Shown here piece after piece: positions 1-9,470 of a DNA stretch of 64,000 nucleotides; position 1 is the first letter of the stretch, and each line of letters starts with the position of its first letter. The notes under the pieces are model-generated. The model was not told the origin of the DNA. It worked only from the letters and a program-made list of their open reading frames with translations, and made no database searches. Both the position numbers and the translations under genes were made by a program. Source of the stretch: Clostridia bacterium (GTDB lineage: Bacteria > Bacillota > Clostridia > Christensenellales > Christensenellaceae); contig JAFXKX010000010.1 in NCBI GenBank assembly GCA_017531505.1, positions 63,568 to 127,567 on the forward strand, given 5' to 3'.

Positions 1-443
1 AATACCTCCATCCTGAAGCCATGCCGCTCTGCATAGCGGGTATACATACGCAGCAGGTTTGCCCCAAATAATGCAGCTTCTTCCCCGCCCGTGCCTGCGC
101 GGATCTCCAGAATGACGTTTTTCTCATCGTTAGGATCTTTGGGCAGCAGCAATACCTTCAACTCCTCTTCCAGAGTTTTCCGGCGTTTTTTCGCCTCTGT
201 GGTTTCCTCCTGCGCCATTTGCAGCAGTTCTGCATCGCTTTCTTCGGCGCACAATTCTTCCAGTGTCTCGATTTCTTGCTGTACTTGCAGATATTCCTCA
301 TAGCGCTGCACGGTTTCTTCCAGATCTGCATGCTCCTTCATCAATTTCCGCCAAAGTTCCTGATTGGCGATCACTTCCGGCATTGCGATCTCTTCGGAAA
401 GTTGCTCATATCTGGTTTTGATGCGTTCCAGTTTTTCAAACAT
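1..443 (-). CDS. prfA: peptide chain release factor 1 (5' part; runs off the window)
   Basis: Manual translation from ATG at 443 gives [15 protein letters not shown]...[28 protein letters not shown], the RF1 signature; lies directly downstream of prmC. Confidence 0.96.
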   Translation of the reverse strand, partial: MFEKLERIKTRYEQLSEEIAMPEVIANQELWRKLMKEHADLEETVQRYEEYLQVQQEIETLEELCAEESDAELLQMAQEETTEAKKRRKTLEEELKVLLLPKDPNDEKNVILEIRAGTGGEEAALFGANLLRMYTRYAERHGFRMEV

Positions 444-460
444 TGGTGCAGCTACTCCTA

Positions 461-1309
461 TTACAGCGGCAGGTTTGCCCAGACCATACGGTCATGGCCC
501 GCATAATCCTGCCTGATTTCTATATTCACAAATCCTTGTGCTGCCAACAATTCTCTGACTGCCTCTCCCTGATCATAACCGATCTCCTGCACAAGGTAAC
601 CGCCCGGATTCAAATATTCCGGCGCTTCTTTCGCAATTCTTCTGTAAAAATCCAATCCGTCATCTCCACCCAACAGAGCCAATTCGGGTTCATATACCCG
701 TACACTGTCCTCCAGCTGTGCATATGCAGCCGCAGTGATATACGGAGGATTTGCTGTTATCATATCATATTTCCGGTCGACATTCAAAAACAAGTCTGAA
801 TGCAGCAGTTGTACCTTTGCCTGCAGCGCTTCCGCATTGCGGCCTGCTGTTTGCAGTGCCGTATCGCTGATATCCAGCGCCGTCACCTCTGCATCCGTCA
901 ACTTTGCAAGGCTGATCGCAATACATCCGGATCCCGTACACAGATCCAATACCGACCGCAGTCCCTGCGCCCGGATCACTTCCGCCGCCTGCTCACATAG
1001 CAATTCTGTCTCCTGACGCGGGATCAGCACACCCGGCTGCACAAAAAAGGGCATACCCATAAAGTACCGCTCACCTAAAATATATGCCAGCGGACACCCT
1101 GTGGCTCTCTTCTGCACAATTTGCCGAAGTTGTTCTTCCTGCGTTTCTGTGACCTGATCTGTCCCATGCAGCAACAGATCACTGACCGAGATATCCAATA
1201 TAAAGGTCAAAGCATAACGGGCTTCTGCCATTGCCTCCTGCCGTGTCATGCCCGTCTGCTGTAATTGTGCACAAAGTTGCTGTAAAAGCTCAGTCCTGCT
1301 CATCTGCAT
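461..1309 (-). CDS. prmC: release factor glutamine methyltransferase
   Basis: [20 protein letters not shown] and NPPY motifs; adjacent to prfA. Confidence 0.95.
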   Translation of the reverse strand: MQMSRTELLQQLCAQLQQTGMTRQEAMAEARYALTFILDISVSDLLLHGTDQVTETQEEQLRQIVQKRATGCPLAYILGERYFMGMPFFVQPGVLIPRQETELLCEQAAEVIRAQGLRSVLDLCTGSGCIAISLAKLTDAEVTALDISDTALQTAGRNAEALQAKVQLLHSDLFLNVDRKYDMITANPPYITAAAYAQLEDSVRVYEPELALLGGDDGLDFYRRIAKEAPEYLNPGGYLVQEIGYDQGEAVRELLAAQGFVNIEIRQDYAGHDRMVWANLPL

Positions 1310-2366
1310 CGACTTCCGTTATTTTTTCCTGCAAAGCCGCTTTTTCTTGCGCTTCTCTTGTCAACTCTGCAATGCGTGCCCGCATTTCTTCCTGACGTTT
1401 TTGGCGCTCTGCCGCTTCACCGATGGCAAAACTGCGCCGCATTGCTTCGATCTCTTCGCTGCTCTTCTCGCCCAACGCTGCTTCAAATGCCACAATGGCA
1501 ACGTTGATCATATCCATATCCGGCTCTGCCGTCGTCAACCGCTGCAGCTGCATTCCAGGCCAACGCAAGATGCGTACCAGCCAGTTTTCGCGCTTTGCCA
1601 GAAACTGCAGCACTTCATAAGATACACCGGCGATCACAGGCAGCATCAGCAGTTTGATGCCCATTTTGACAAACGGATTATCGCCAAAGGGGACACAGGA
1701 ATACAGCAGGGTGGAAACGATCATCACCAGCAGCAAATAGCTGGTACCGCAGCGGGGGTGCAACCGTTTCTGCGGTTTTACATTTTCCGCAGTCAACGGC
1801 AGTTCATTTTCATAGCAGCTGATGGTTTTATGCTCCGCACCATGATAGCGGAATACCACCTTGATCTCATGCATAAAGGATACGCCGATAATATATGCCA
1901 AAAAGATCACGATACGGATCGCACCGTCGATCAGATTGATGAGAAATCTGTTTTTCAGACTGCCCTTGATCAACCCAGTAATGAAAGAAGGTAATATAAA
2001 AAACAGTCCCACAGACATAAGCAATGCCGCTGCCACCGCAAAGACCATCATTACGTCTTCTGCCTTTTTGCCTGTCTTCTGTGCGATTTTCTTTTCAAGT
2101 TTGGAAGGTTCGTATGTTTCTTCCGAGGCGCCTGCCATCTTTGCGGAATCCGTCAGTACATTCACGCCATTCGCCATCATATTGATAAAGGAGACCACCC
2201 CTCTGATCACGGGTATCTTATGCCAGACAGAGGTCTGCTCCTTATTTTTCCATACTTTCAATTCGATCTCGCCGGATGTCTTTCTTACTGCCAATGCACT
2301 TTTCTCAACAGACCGCATCATAATGCCGTCCATAACACCCTGACCACCGATTTTACACTTCTTCAT
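1290..2366 (-). CDS. DUF1385 family membrane protein (predicted metal-dependent)
   Basis: IGGQGVMDGIMM, YHGAEHK and HPRCGTS motifs; usual position between rpmE and prmC. Confidence 0.88.
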   Translation of the reverse strand: MKKCKIGGQGVMDGIMMRSVEKSALAVRKTSGEIELKVWKNKEQTSVWHKIPVIRGVVSFINMMANGVNVLTDSAKMAGASEETYEPSKLEKKIAQKTGKKAEDVMMVFAVAAALLMSVGLFFILPSFITGLIKGSLKNRFLINLIDGAIRIVIFLAYIIGVSFMHEIKVVFRYHGAEHKTISCYENELPLTAENVKPQKRLHPRCGTSYLLLVMIVSTLLYSCVPFGDNPFVKMGIKLLMLPVIAGVSYEVLQFLAKRENWLVRILRWPGMQLQRLTTAEPDMDMINVAIVAFEAALGEKSSEEIEAMRRSFAIGEAAERQKRQEEMRARIAELTREAQEKAALQEKITEVDADEQD

Positions 2367-2405
2367 CGCTGCCTCAAAATTTCCAAAAAATTTGTTTTTT
2401 TGTAT

Positions 2406-2438
2406 AAAAAAACAGACCGACTGGCGGTCTATTTTTTT
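2406..2438 (-). terminator. intrinsic terminator after rpmE
   Basis: AGACCG/CGGTCT stem flanked by A and T tracts. Confidence 0.65.
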
Positions 2439-2442
2439 ATAC

Positions 2443-2643
2443 TTAGTTAATTCCGTATCTCTTCTTGAAACGGTCTACGCGGCCGCCGGTATCAACGAGC
2501 TTCTGTTTACCGGTGAAGTACGGATGGCACTTGGAGCAAACATCAACTTTCATCTCTTTCTTTACGGAGCCGGTCACGAAGGTTTCGCCACATGCGCACT
2601 TAACTACGCACTCTCCATACTGAGGATGTATTTCAGGCTTCAT
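2443..2643 (-). CDS. rpmE: 50S ribosomal protein L31 (Zn-binding C+ type)
   Basis: MKPEIHP...CACG...[10 protein letters not shown]; GAGGTG RBS before ATG at 2643. Confidence 0.97.
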   Translation of the reverse strand: MKPEIHPQYGECVVKCACGETFVTGSVKKEMKVDVCSKCHPYFTGKQKLVDTGGRVDRFKKRYGIN

Positions 2644-2728
2644 AGAATTCACCTCTTCCTTTAAAAGTAAGCATAAATTAGTATACCATAAACTTGGCGC
2701 AATGCAAGCCTTTTCCTAAAAAAATTGC

Positions 2729-4045
2729 TTAATATCGCGGAAAATTCTTTTTATACCCCTGTTTTTCCAGTCCTTGCTGCAAATCCCGCAGACAAACGAG
2801 GAATTCCCGATTGTTTTTTGTACTGTTCAGCACCCGGATCAGCTGTTCTATATTCTCGCTGCCTTCGCCGCCGGATAATATCCGCCGCAGCAGCCACGCG
2901 CCTTCCCGCTCTTCGCGGCTCAGCAGCAGCTCTTCGCGACGCGTTCCCGACTTAGCCGGATCCAATGCGGGGAATATCCGTTTTTCCGCCAGACGCCGGT
3001 CCAGATGCAGTTCCATGTTGCCTGTACCTTTAAACTCTTCAAATATCAGTTCATCCATACGACTGCCCGTTTCCACCAGCGCCGTTGCAATGATGGTCAG
3101 ACTGCCTCCGCCCTCTATATTGCGGGCTGCACCGAAAAAGCGTTTGGGTTTATACAATGCCGACGGATCCAATCCACCGGATAAGGTCCGTCCGGAGGGC
3201 GGCACCGTCATGTTGTATGCGCGAACCAGACGCGTAATGCTGTCCAAAAGTATCACTACATCTTTTCCGTGTTCCACCAGCCGCTTTGCCCGCTCAATAA
3301 GCATCTCTGCCACGCGCACATGATTTTCCGGGCGCTCATCAAATGTGGAATACACCACTTCCCCGCGGATACAACGCTGCATATCCGTCACTTCCTCCGG
3401 CCGCTCATCGATTAGCAGTACCAACATTTCCGTATCCGGATAGTTTTCCGATATTCCGTTGGCAATCGCTTTTAAGATTGTTGTTTTTCCTGCCTTGGGC
3501 GGCGCCACGATCAGTCCGCGCTGACCCCGTCCGATAGGTGCGATCAGATCGATCAACCGTATTGCAGTATCCGCGCCGGCTCTTGCCGCCATCGTATACC
3601 GACAATCGGGAAATATCGGCACCAGATTTTCAAAATCCGGCCTGACAAGGCACGATTTTACCGGACATCCGTTGATCGTATCTACATACAGCATCGCCAC
3701 CAATTGATCGGCGCCTTTGGGCGGCCGCGTCTTTCCGCAGATTCTATCCCCTTGCCGCAAGCCCAACTTGCGTATCTGCATCATAGACACATACACATCC
3801 TCGCTGCCCGGCAAATAGTTCTCTTTACGTAAAAAACCATACCCTTCCGTATGGATATCCAAAACGCCTTCCGATACCGGCTGTTTTGCCGGCAGAACGG
3901 GTGATTCCGCCTGTTCTTTTTGCATATTCACCAGAGCAGAGATCAATTGTTCCTTTCGATAAGTTGTTACCGATCTGACCCCCGCCAGCTTTGCCAATGC
4001 ACGCAGATCTGCCAATGTCTTTTCCCTCAGGATCGATACGTCCAT
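2729..4045 (-). CDS. rho: transcription termination factor Rho
   Basis: GYGFLR, APPKAGKT, LIDERPEEVTD and GGGSLTIIATALVETGS; start moved to ATG 4045 on the basis of an AAGGAG RBS. Confidence 0.96.
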   Translation of the reverse strand: MDVSILREKTLADLRALAKLAGVRSVTTYRKEQLISALVNMQKEQAESPVLPAKQPVSEGVLDIHTEGYGFLRKENYLPGSEDVYVSMMQIRKLGLRQGDRICGKTRPPKGADQLVAMLYVDTINGCPVKSCLVRPDFENLVPIFPDCRYTMAARAGADTAIRLIDLIAPIGRGQRGLIVAPPKAGKTTILKAIANGISENYPDTEMLVLLIDERPEEVTDMQRCIRGEVVYSTFDERPENHVRVAEMLIERAKRLVEHGKDVVILLDSITRLVRAYNMTVPPSGRTLSGGLDPSALYKPKRFFGAARNIEGGGSLTIIATALVETGSRMDELIFEEFKGTGNMELHLDRRLAEKRIFPALDPAKSGTRREELLLSREEREGAWLLRRILSGGEGSENIEQLIRVLNSTKNNREFLVCLRDLQQGLEKQGYKKNFPRY

Positions 4046-4162
4046 ATACACTCCTTCACGCAAAACAAAAACAACTCTCACAAAATCCTTAAAGTTGAAA
4101 CCATTATGCATGGTCGCATTTTGCTATGTCAAGGCATTTGACATTCTTCGTACATATAACAC

Positions 4163-4188
4163 AAAAGCCGAGGAAACCCTCGGCTTTT
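4163..4188 (-). terminator. intrinsic terminator after the MBL hydrolase gene
   Basis: AAAAGCCGAGG/CCTCGGCTTTT perfect stem. Confidence 0.75.
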
Positions 4189-4196
4189 ATATACTT

Positions 4197-4856
4197 TTAA
4201 ATTTCTGTACGCATACTGTTATCCATTACGATCACGCGGGTTCTGCGTTTTTTATCCGCCGCGCTGAATTCCATCTGATTCTTGCCCACTGCTGCTCTGT
4301 CAAAGAATCCTTTGATCTTCTCATCGAAGTGATACAATCTGCCGATTTCCACTGCCAGACCCGGCGTCTTGTAATGCATAGGCAGGATAATGTTGGGCGC
4401 CACTCTCTTACAGATCTCAAATGCCTGCTCTGCATCGATGGTATAGTTTCCGCCTACAGGTATCATCAAAATATCTGTGCCTTCCAGCTGCGCATACAGT
4501 TCCTCATCCGGCATATGGCCGAGATCGCCCAGATGTGTGATGGTCAACCCTTCTGCCGTCACTTTATAGATGACATTTTTGCCGCGTTTTGCACCAAAAG
4601 CATCGTCATGGTAGCTGGCAATTCCCTTGATCTTCACATCATCGATGCTGAAACTGCCTACCATATCAAATACGCGAAAATCACCGGTCAGTTTCTCGAT
4701 TGCATTATGGTCAAAATGGCTATGGCTGACAAATACCATATCTGCTTCCATCTCGGGCATTTTATAACCAATGTCACCAAACGGGTCAAATACCAGACAT
4801 TTCCCGTTATCCAGTGTTACTTTGAAACACGCATGTGCGATCCATTGAATGATCAT
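4197..4856 (-). CDS. MBL-fold metallo-hydrolase
   Basis: SHSHFDH, HLGDLGH and PMHY motifs. Confidence 0.9.
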   Translation of the reverse strand: MIIQWIAHACFKVTLDNGKCLVFDPFGDIGYKMPEMEADMVFVSHSHFDHNAIEKLTGDFRVFDMVGSFSIDDVKIKGIASYHDDAFGAKRGKNVIYKVTAEGLTITHLGDLGHMPDEELYAQLEGTDILMIPVGGNYTIDAEQAFEICKRVAPNIILPMHYKTPGLAVEIGRLYHFDEKIKGFFDRAAVGKNQMEFSAADKKRRTRVIVMDNSMRTEI

Positions 4857-4881
4857 CGTTTCCTCCTGACTGACAGCAGTA

Positions 4882-5298
4882 TCAGTTTTGCTCCATATAA
4901 TTGACTCTGAGTCTGTTCAGCGACTGTGTATCGGCGATCCTCGTGATATATTCCAGTTCGATCTCGCCCTTTCCCTCGGTCTCGGTCACGTTGACCAATG
5001 TCGGGTACACTTCTACATTGACAAGGCCCAGCGGTGTGCTGTAATAACTGGAATACATCTTCCGTTCTTTCAGCACCACAATGGCAGCATCCTGTGCACC
5101 GCTCTCCTGTTTTTTCATAATAACGGTATCGTTCTCTACCGTGATCTCCGTCAGATCTTCGCTACCCATTGCACCGGGATACGAAAACACTTTTTTCTCT
5201 CCTTGCAGCTGCATACTCCCCAATGTAAAGAACTCCGTTTCCTCGGTCTGTCCATTTTGCTGCATACTGCCTTTTACATTCAATAAAATACTCTGCAT
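4882..5298 (-). CDS. DUF1934 family protein
   Basis: All-beta pattern with a YSTPLG motif, 138 aa. Confidence 0.7.
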   Translation of the reverse strand: MQSILLNVKGSMQQNGQTEETEFFTLGSMQLQGEKKVFSYPGAMGSEDLTEITVENDTVIMKKQESGAQDAAIVVLKERKMYSSYYSTPLGLVNVEVYPTLVNVTETEGKGEIELEYITRIADTQSLNRLRVNYMEQN

Positions 5299-5375
5299 TT
5301 TTCCCTTTTATTACTATAACTGTTGTTCCTTACATATTATACTACCTTTTCGATTTTGACAAGAGGTTGCGCCCT

Positions 5376-5888
5376 TCATCTTGCAAACAATCCCTTGATC
5401 CAAGTCAATAAGAAAGAGGTATATACGATCGGTTCGTCCTGTGTTGGCGCCGGCTGCAGTAAACAGAGCGGCGGAAACATGACACACCACCAGTTTTCAC
5501 CGGCGCCATCCCCCAATACGACACGTACCGCATCATACTCGCCCGCCGGATACACCAGATTGCCATATGTCTTTTGCGGAAATATATCTGTACCGATTTG
5601 TATCTCTACATCATAACAGGCGCCTTTTTCGAGCAGCACTTCTCTGACCGCTTCCTCCAGTTCCGCTGTTTTTTGTTCCAGATAAGTTCTTGCTGTTTCT
5701 TTAGAGCCACACTCTGCCAACGCTTCGCTCTCCCCTGCCAAAAGGCGGTCTCTTACCTCCAGTTTTATCTGCTGATCCCATATGCTGTTGCTGTTGGCAA
5801 TGACATGCAGGCGCAGCGGGTTGAGTCCATTGGCCGCCATCAGCAGGCATACCATACATAGTGTGACCCCAAATATACATCTGCGCAT
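5376..5888 (-). CDS. spoIIR: stage II sporulation protein R
   Basis: RLHVIANSNS...DQQIKLEVRD, FPQKTYG, YPAGEYDA and GENWWCVMFPPLC; signal peptide; start at ATG 5888 with AAGGAGG upstream. Confidence 0.93.
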   Translation of the reverse strand: MRRCIFGVTLCMVCLLMAANGLNPLRLHVIANSNSIWDQQIKLEVRDRLLAGESEALAECGSKETARTYLEQKTAELEEAVREVLLEKGACYDVEIQIGTDIFPQKTYGNLVYPAGEYDAVRVVLGDGAGENWWCVMFPPLCLLQPAPTQDEPIVYTSFLLTWIKGLFAR

Positions 5889-5919
5889 ATCCTTACTATC
5901 CTCCTTAATAAATATTGGA

Positions 5920-5948
5920 TAGTATTGGCAGTTTTTCCGAAAATATAC
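5920..5948 (-). promoter_or_regulatory. putative sigma-F promoter of spoIIR
   Basis: Minus strand GTATA-14/15 nt-GCCAATACTA resembles the sigma-F consensus; spoIIR is a known sigma-F target. Confidence 0.55.
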
Positions 5949-6258
5949 AAAACACACACCCAAGGGCGGATATCCTTAAAATAGTTAACGGACACAACGA
6001 TTCCCGCCGTACCCGTTCTTATAGAATTTTGCTTTTTATGACAAACTGAAAGCAATCAATTCGGCAACAAAAAGAACAAAGAAATTTCCAATTTGATGCG
6101 CACCATGTTTTCTGCATGGATAGATAACGTACATAATAATTTTGACGATACGAATACCTGCATTTTGCGCATTGAACTCACACACGGATTATTATTGTCT
6201 CGCGAAACTCGTTATGATATTGATGTTCCGGGTGACTGATCTATTTTCATTGCAATAC

Positions 6259-6293
6259 AAAAATCGTCCCTATGAACTTTCATAGGGACGATT
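6259..6293 (-). terminator. intrinsic terminator after the DUF2156 gene
   Basis: AATCGTCCCTATGAA/TTCATAGGGACGATT long perfect stem. Confidence 0.8.
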
Positions 6294-6317
6294 CTCTGTT
6301 TTTATGCTATATGACAA

Positions 6318-7229
6318 TCATTCGCTGATCGTTTCTCCATCCAGATAATCCAGACGGAACACTTCGTTGAAGCGGATCGGTCGATACGAAGCCTTTGCCT
6401 TGCGCAGGCCCTCGTGGCCCATATCTTCTTCACGGTTGACATATTTGGTATCAGCAAATGCGTGTTCCAAAAACTGCTGATTGATCACAGAGTACGCACC
6501 GTGATAGGCCGTATCCGCCTTCTCTATGATAATATGCGCAGTATCTCCTCCGATCACATCACCGATGGCAAACGCACATATCTTTCCGTCTGCCTTCAAT
6601 GCACACGCCCGCAATCCCAATACCTCGAAATTGTCGATCAGCGTATTGATGACCTGTACTTCATCAAATACCTCGCTGTTGACATCTGTTCGCGCGGCAA
6701 ACCATGCATCCATCATAGGTCTGCATACTTCAAAATTGCTTCCGTCAATGGTCAGATATTCATATTGATAGGTATTCATGAAGCGGGAAATGTGATTCCG
6801 TTTTTGGTGATATTTCTTCCCTGCCAGCTGTATCAACATTTGTGTATCGTAGATATAGTCAAAATCGCCGCGGGATACCGTAATCCCAAACATTCCGGGA
6901 CACTCTGTCTCTATCTGCGGCAGCACCTCACCGGGCACATAATACCTAGTAATCCCCAGCTCCTCCCGCAGCACCCGAAAAGCATTGCGCAGTTTACTCT
7001 CTTCCGCACCAAGCGGGAAAAATCCATAAGAGTGATCTCCCGCCTCCGGGATCGCAACCACGCAAAATGCTCCATTGATCTCGGCATATTTCAAACCGGC
7101 TTTTTCCTGCGCCATAAATATATTATTGAACTGATAAAAAGACGTCGGAATCCCTCCCAACAGTTCTTCGTAACGTTCTTTCAAATCCAGCGTGAATTCT
7201 TTTAATTCGAGCATATAATCAATACGCAC
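6318..7229 (-). CDS. DUF2156 / aminoacyl-phosphatidylglycerol synthase C-terminal-like protein
   Basis: DYIY...LAGKKYHQKRNHI, IEKAD and NREEDMGHEGLRKAKASYRP motifs; start may be ATG 7214. Confidence 0.85.
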   Translation of the reverse strand: MRIDYMLELKEFTLDLKERYEELLGGIPTSFYQFNNIFMAQEKAGLKYAEINGAFCVVAIPEAGDHSYGFFPLGAEESKLRNAFRVLREELGITRYYVPGEVLPQIETECPGMFGITVSRGDFDYIYDTQMLIQLAGKKYHQKRNHISRFMNTYQYEYLTIDGSNFEVCRPMMDAWFAARTDVNSEVFDEVQVINTLIDNFEVLGLRACALKADGKICAFAIGDVIGGDTAHIIIEKADTAYHGAYSVINQQFLEHAFADTKYVNREEDMGHEGLRKAKASYRPIRFNEVFRLDYLDGETISE

Positions 7230-7335
7230 TCCTCATCAAAAATTTCCAATTTTTATACCTTGTTCATTATAGCACACTTGTCAATAGATGCAGAAAAAAA
7301 TTTTTATACTTTTTTATACTTTTTTTGCTTTTACA

Positions 7336-7364
7336 GAAGGATTTTACCGGCGTATATCGAATAT
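7336..7364 (+). promoter_or_regulatory. putative sigma-H promoter
   Basis: GAAGGATTT-11 nt-ATCGAATAT fits RNAGGAWWW-N11/12-RNNGAATWW. Confidence 0.6.
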
Positions 7365-7390
7365 ATTAATTACAAGAACAAGAGCGAATC

Positions 7391-7410
7391 AAAACCAAAA
7401 CCAAAACCAA
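7391..7410 (+). repeat. (AAAACC)x3 short tandem repeat
   Basis: aaaaccaaaaccaaaaccaa read directly. Confidence 0.8.
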
Positions 7411-7455
7411 TTGTTCTCTCAAGTCTATTATCAGGTACGGAAAGAGGTGAATCCA

Positions 7456-7545
7456 ATGAACAATGAATTTTCTGCAGGAAATGAGTGCATACTCATGGCG
7501 GGGAAAGCAGTCGTTATTGGTGCCTCTATGATCACCAAACTGTAA
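7456..7545 (+). CDS. putative 29-aa small protein MNNEFSAGNECILMAGKAVVIGASMITKL
   Basis: Strong RBS (AAAGAGGTGA) 5 nt upstream of the ATG; lies downstream of the sigma-H-like promoter; no recognised family. Confidence 0.45.
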   Translation: MNNEFSAGNECILMAGKAVVIGASMITKL

Positions 7546-7782
7546 CTGGCTTTCACGACAATCAGCGGTTACGTCGTGCAATGTGCATACTCCGACACAT
7601 CGGTTTCGCATAGGTCATATGACGGAGACAGAGTACCTGCAACCCCAGCTGTTAAATGAGTTACTCATTTCCCTATAAAATCTCAGCCGTAAGCATCGAC
7701 TTTTTCAGTACAAATGTCAATGTGACAATGTAAAACTCTCCGTTTGGGAATTGACTGTATAAAGCGCTGACTTACAATTAAA

Positions 7783-7830
7783 CAAAGAAACAAGACCGAC
7801 AAAACAGTCGGTCTTTTTCTTTGTTTTTTT
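7783..7830. terminator. bidirectional intrinsic terminator
   Basis: AAGACCGAC/GTCGGTCTT stem with a long T tract on + and an A-rich tract on the other side. Confidence 0.8.
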
Positions 7831-7845
7831 ATTTTCCGGAAATTC

Positions 7846-9369
7846 TCAGGATATCCGGACACCCAAAAGTGTCGTATTGGCATCTGTCACAAACCCTATA
7901 TTCCGCCGCATTGTCACCTCGATACCGTGCTGCCAGAAACGGATCTGCATAGATATCCGGTAACAGGTCTCGGGAAATGCCAGATTCAGATGATACACAC
8001 CATCCTCCCATGCACCTGCGCAGGCTGCCGTTTCAAAGATCAGCTGATTGTGGGCATCGGTATATACCGTTTCCTTTACCGATGTCCTGCCTTTTTCCCA
8101 ATAACCATACCCAATGGGCAACATAGAGGTCTCTCCGTCGATCTCCAATATCAGCTTGTCTTCCGACCCGAATTCAAACTTCATCGCTGTGATATGATAT
8201 AAATTCGGAGCAAATGCATACTTGATACCCGCATATTGCTGTGCCCCCGGCATATCCCAGGAGCTGTATCCATCGGGCAGCCCTAACGGTTCCAGCGCCA
8301 TCGAGGGCAATGCCTGCTGCGATCCGCGGTCACCCTGCAACGCTTCCCGCAGTTCACCCATGATCACATCCAATGCCTTCATATACATACGGCTGGCACC
8401 CAGCATCACAAATACCGCATCCAACGCCGGGAACACGATATACATCTGTCCGAATGCGCCGATACCGCCGTATTCGCTGCCGTCTCCCAACAACCACACC
8501 TGATACCCAAACCGCTTTTCCCACTTGGCAGAACGGTTGCCTATCTCCACCTGTGCAGAGGTCATCTCCCGGATATATGCACTGTCCAGCAGTTGGTGTC
8601 CTTCCCATCTGCCCTGCTGCAGCATGAACTGCCCAAATTTCGCCAGGTCTTCACTGCCAAGAGACATCCCCCAGCCACCTACATTACGGCCTGCGCTGCA
8701 TTGCTGCCATGCGGGATCCATGCCTAACGGTTCAAATAACCGGGGCTTTAAGTATTCCTCTATGCGCTGGCCCGTTACTTTCTGTAAAATTGCCGAGATC
8801 ATATACGTGCAGGCGCTGGAATATATAAACCGCTTGCCCGGCTGCTCTGCCACATAGGCACGCATAAAATCCTTTGCCCAGTCGATACTGCGGTCAAATC
8901 GGAAATCCGCATAGGAATACGGGAAATCATTAACGATCTGCCCTGTATACGGGCGTCTGAAGTCATCGGGGGCTGCGTCGAATCCGGCTGCCATCATCAG
9001 CAGATGCCGAATCTCCATATGCAGCATATTCTCACACGGCTGCGCCGGCAGATACTCTGTAAAATAATCCGCCACTTTATCGGTCAGACGGATCAGGCCT
9101 TCCTGCTGCGCAAACCCCGCCGCAATGGCTGTAAAACTCTTGCTGACAGAGAACATCGTATGCGGTGTACCTGCTTCATAAGGCGCCCGATAATGCTCTG
9201 CCACCACCTTGCCATGACGCAGCACCATCAATGCATGGGCCCCGTATCTGGGCTGGCTTAGTTTTTCAATTGCTTCAGCGAGCAGTGCGCTGTCCACATC
9301 TGCCTGTCCGGGCAGAACACGTTCAAAATACCGCATAGTACCTTGTATCCCTTTTTTGATTATTTTCAT
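7846..9369 (-). CDS. serine hydrolase, beta-lactamase-related family (class C/NylB-like)
   Basis: FSVSKS (SxxK), IRHLLMMAAG, FIYSS and GAFGQ; true start may be MRYFERV at 9336. Confidence 0.85.
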   Translation of the reverse strand: MKIIKKGIQGTMRYFERVLPGQADVDSALLAEAIEKLSQPRYGAHALMVLRHGKVVAEHYRAPYEAGTPHTMFSVSKSFTAIAAGFAQQEGLIRLTDKVADYFTEYLPAQPCENMLHMEIRHLLMMAAGFDAAPDDFRRPYTGQIVNDFPYSYADFRFDRSIDWAKDFMRAYVAEQPGKRFIYSSACTYMISAILQKVTGQRIEEYLKPRLFEPLGMDPAWQQCSAGRNVGGWGMSLGSEDLAKFGQFMLQQGRWEGHQLLDSAYIREMTSAQVEIGNRSAKWEKRFGYQVWLLGDGSEYGGIGAFGQMYIVFPALDAVFVMLGASRMYMKALDVIMGELREALQGDRGSQQALPSMALEPLGLPDGYSSWDMPGAQQYAGIKYAFAPNLYHITAMKFEFGSEDKLILEIDGETSMLPIGYGYWEKGRTSVKETVYTDAHNQLIFETAACAGAWEDGVYHLNLAFPETCYRISMQIRFWQHGIEVTMRRNIGFVTDANTTLLGVRIS

Positions 9370-9470
9370 GTTTAATAGTAAAAGATACCTTCATAAAAAT
9401 CAAGGAATTACCATTTTACTTTTTATCGGTTTTATGGTATTCTGTCAAAACAAACAAGAAAGGACAGCTT

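Noticed and set aside
7690-7712. Minus-strand TGAAAAAGTCGATGC resembling the 5' part of the raiA-motif RNA as I recall it
   Set aside because: The following sequence does not continue the motif, and promoter and terminator polarity favour a + strand transcript
7846-9369. Beta-lactam resistance gene
   Set aside because: No signal peptide, YSS instead of YxN and a long C-terminal extension; it fits cytoplasmic esterase/amidase relatives
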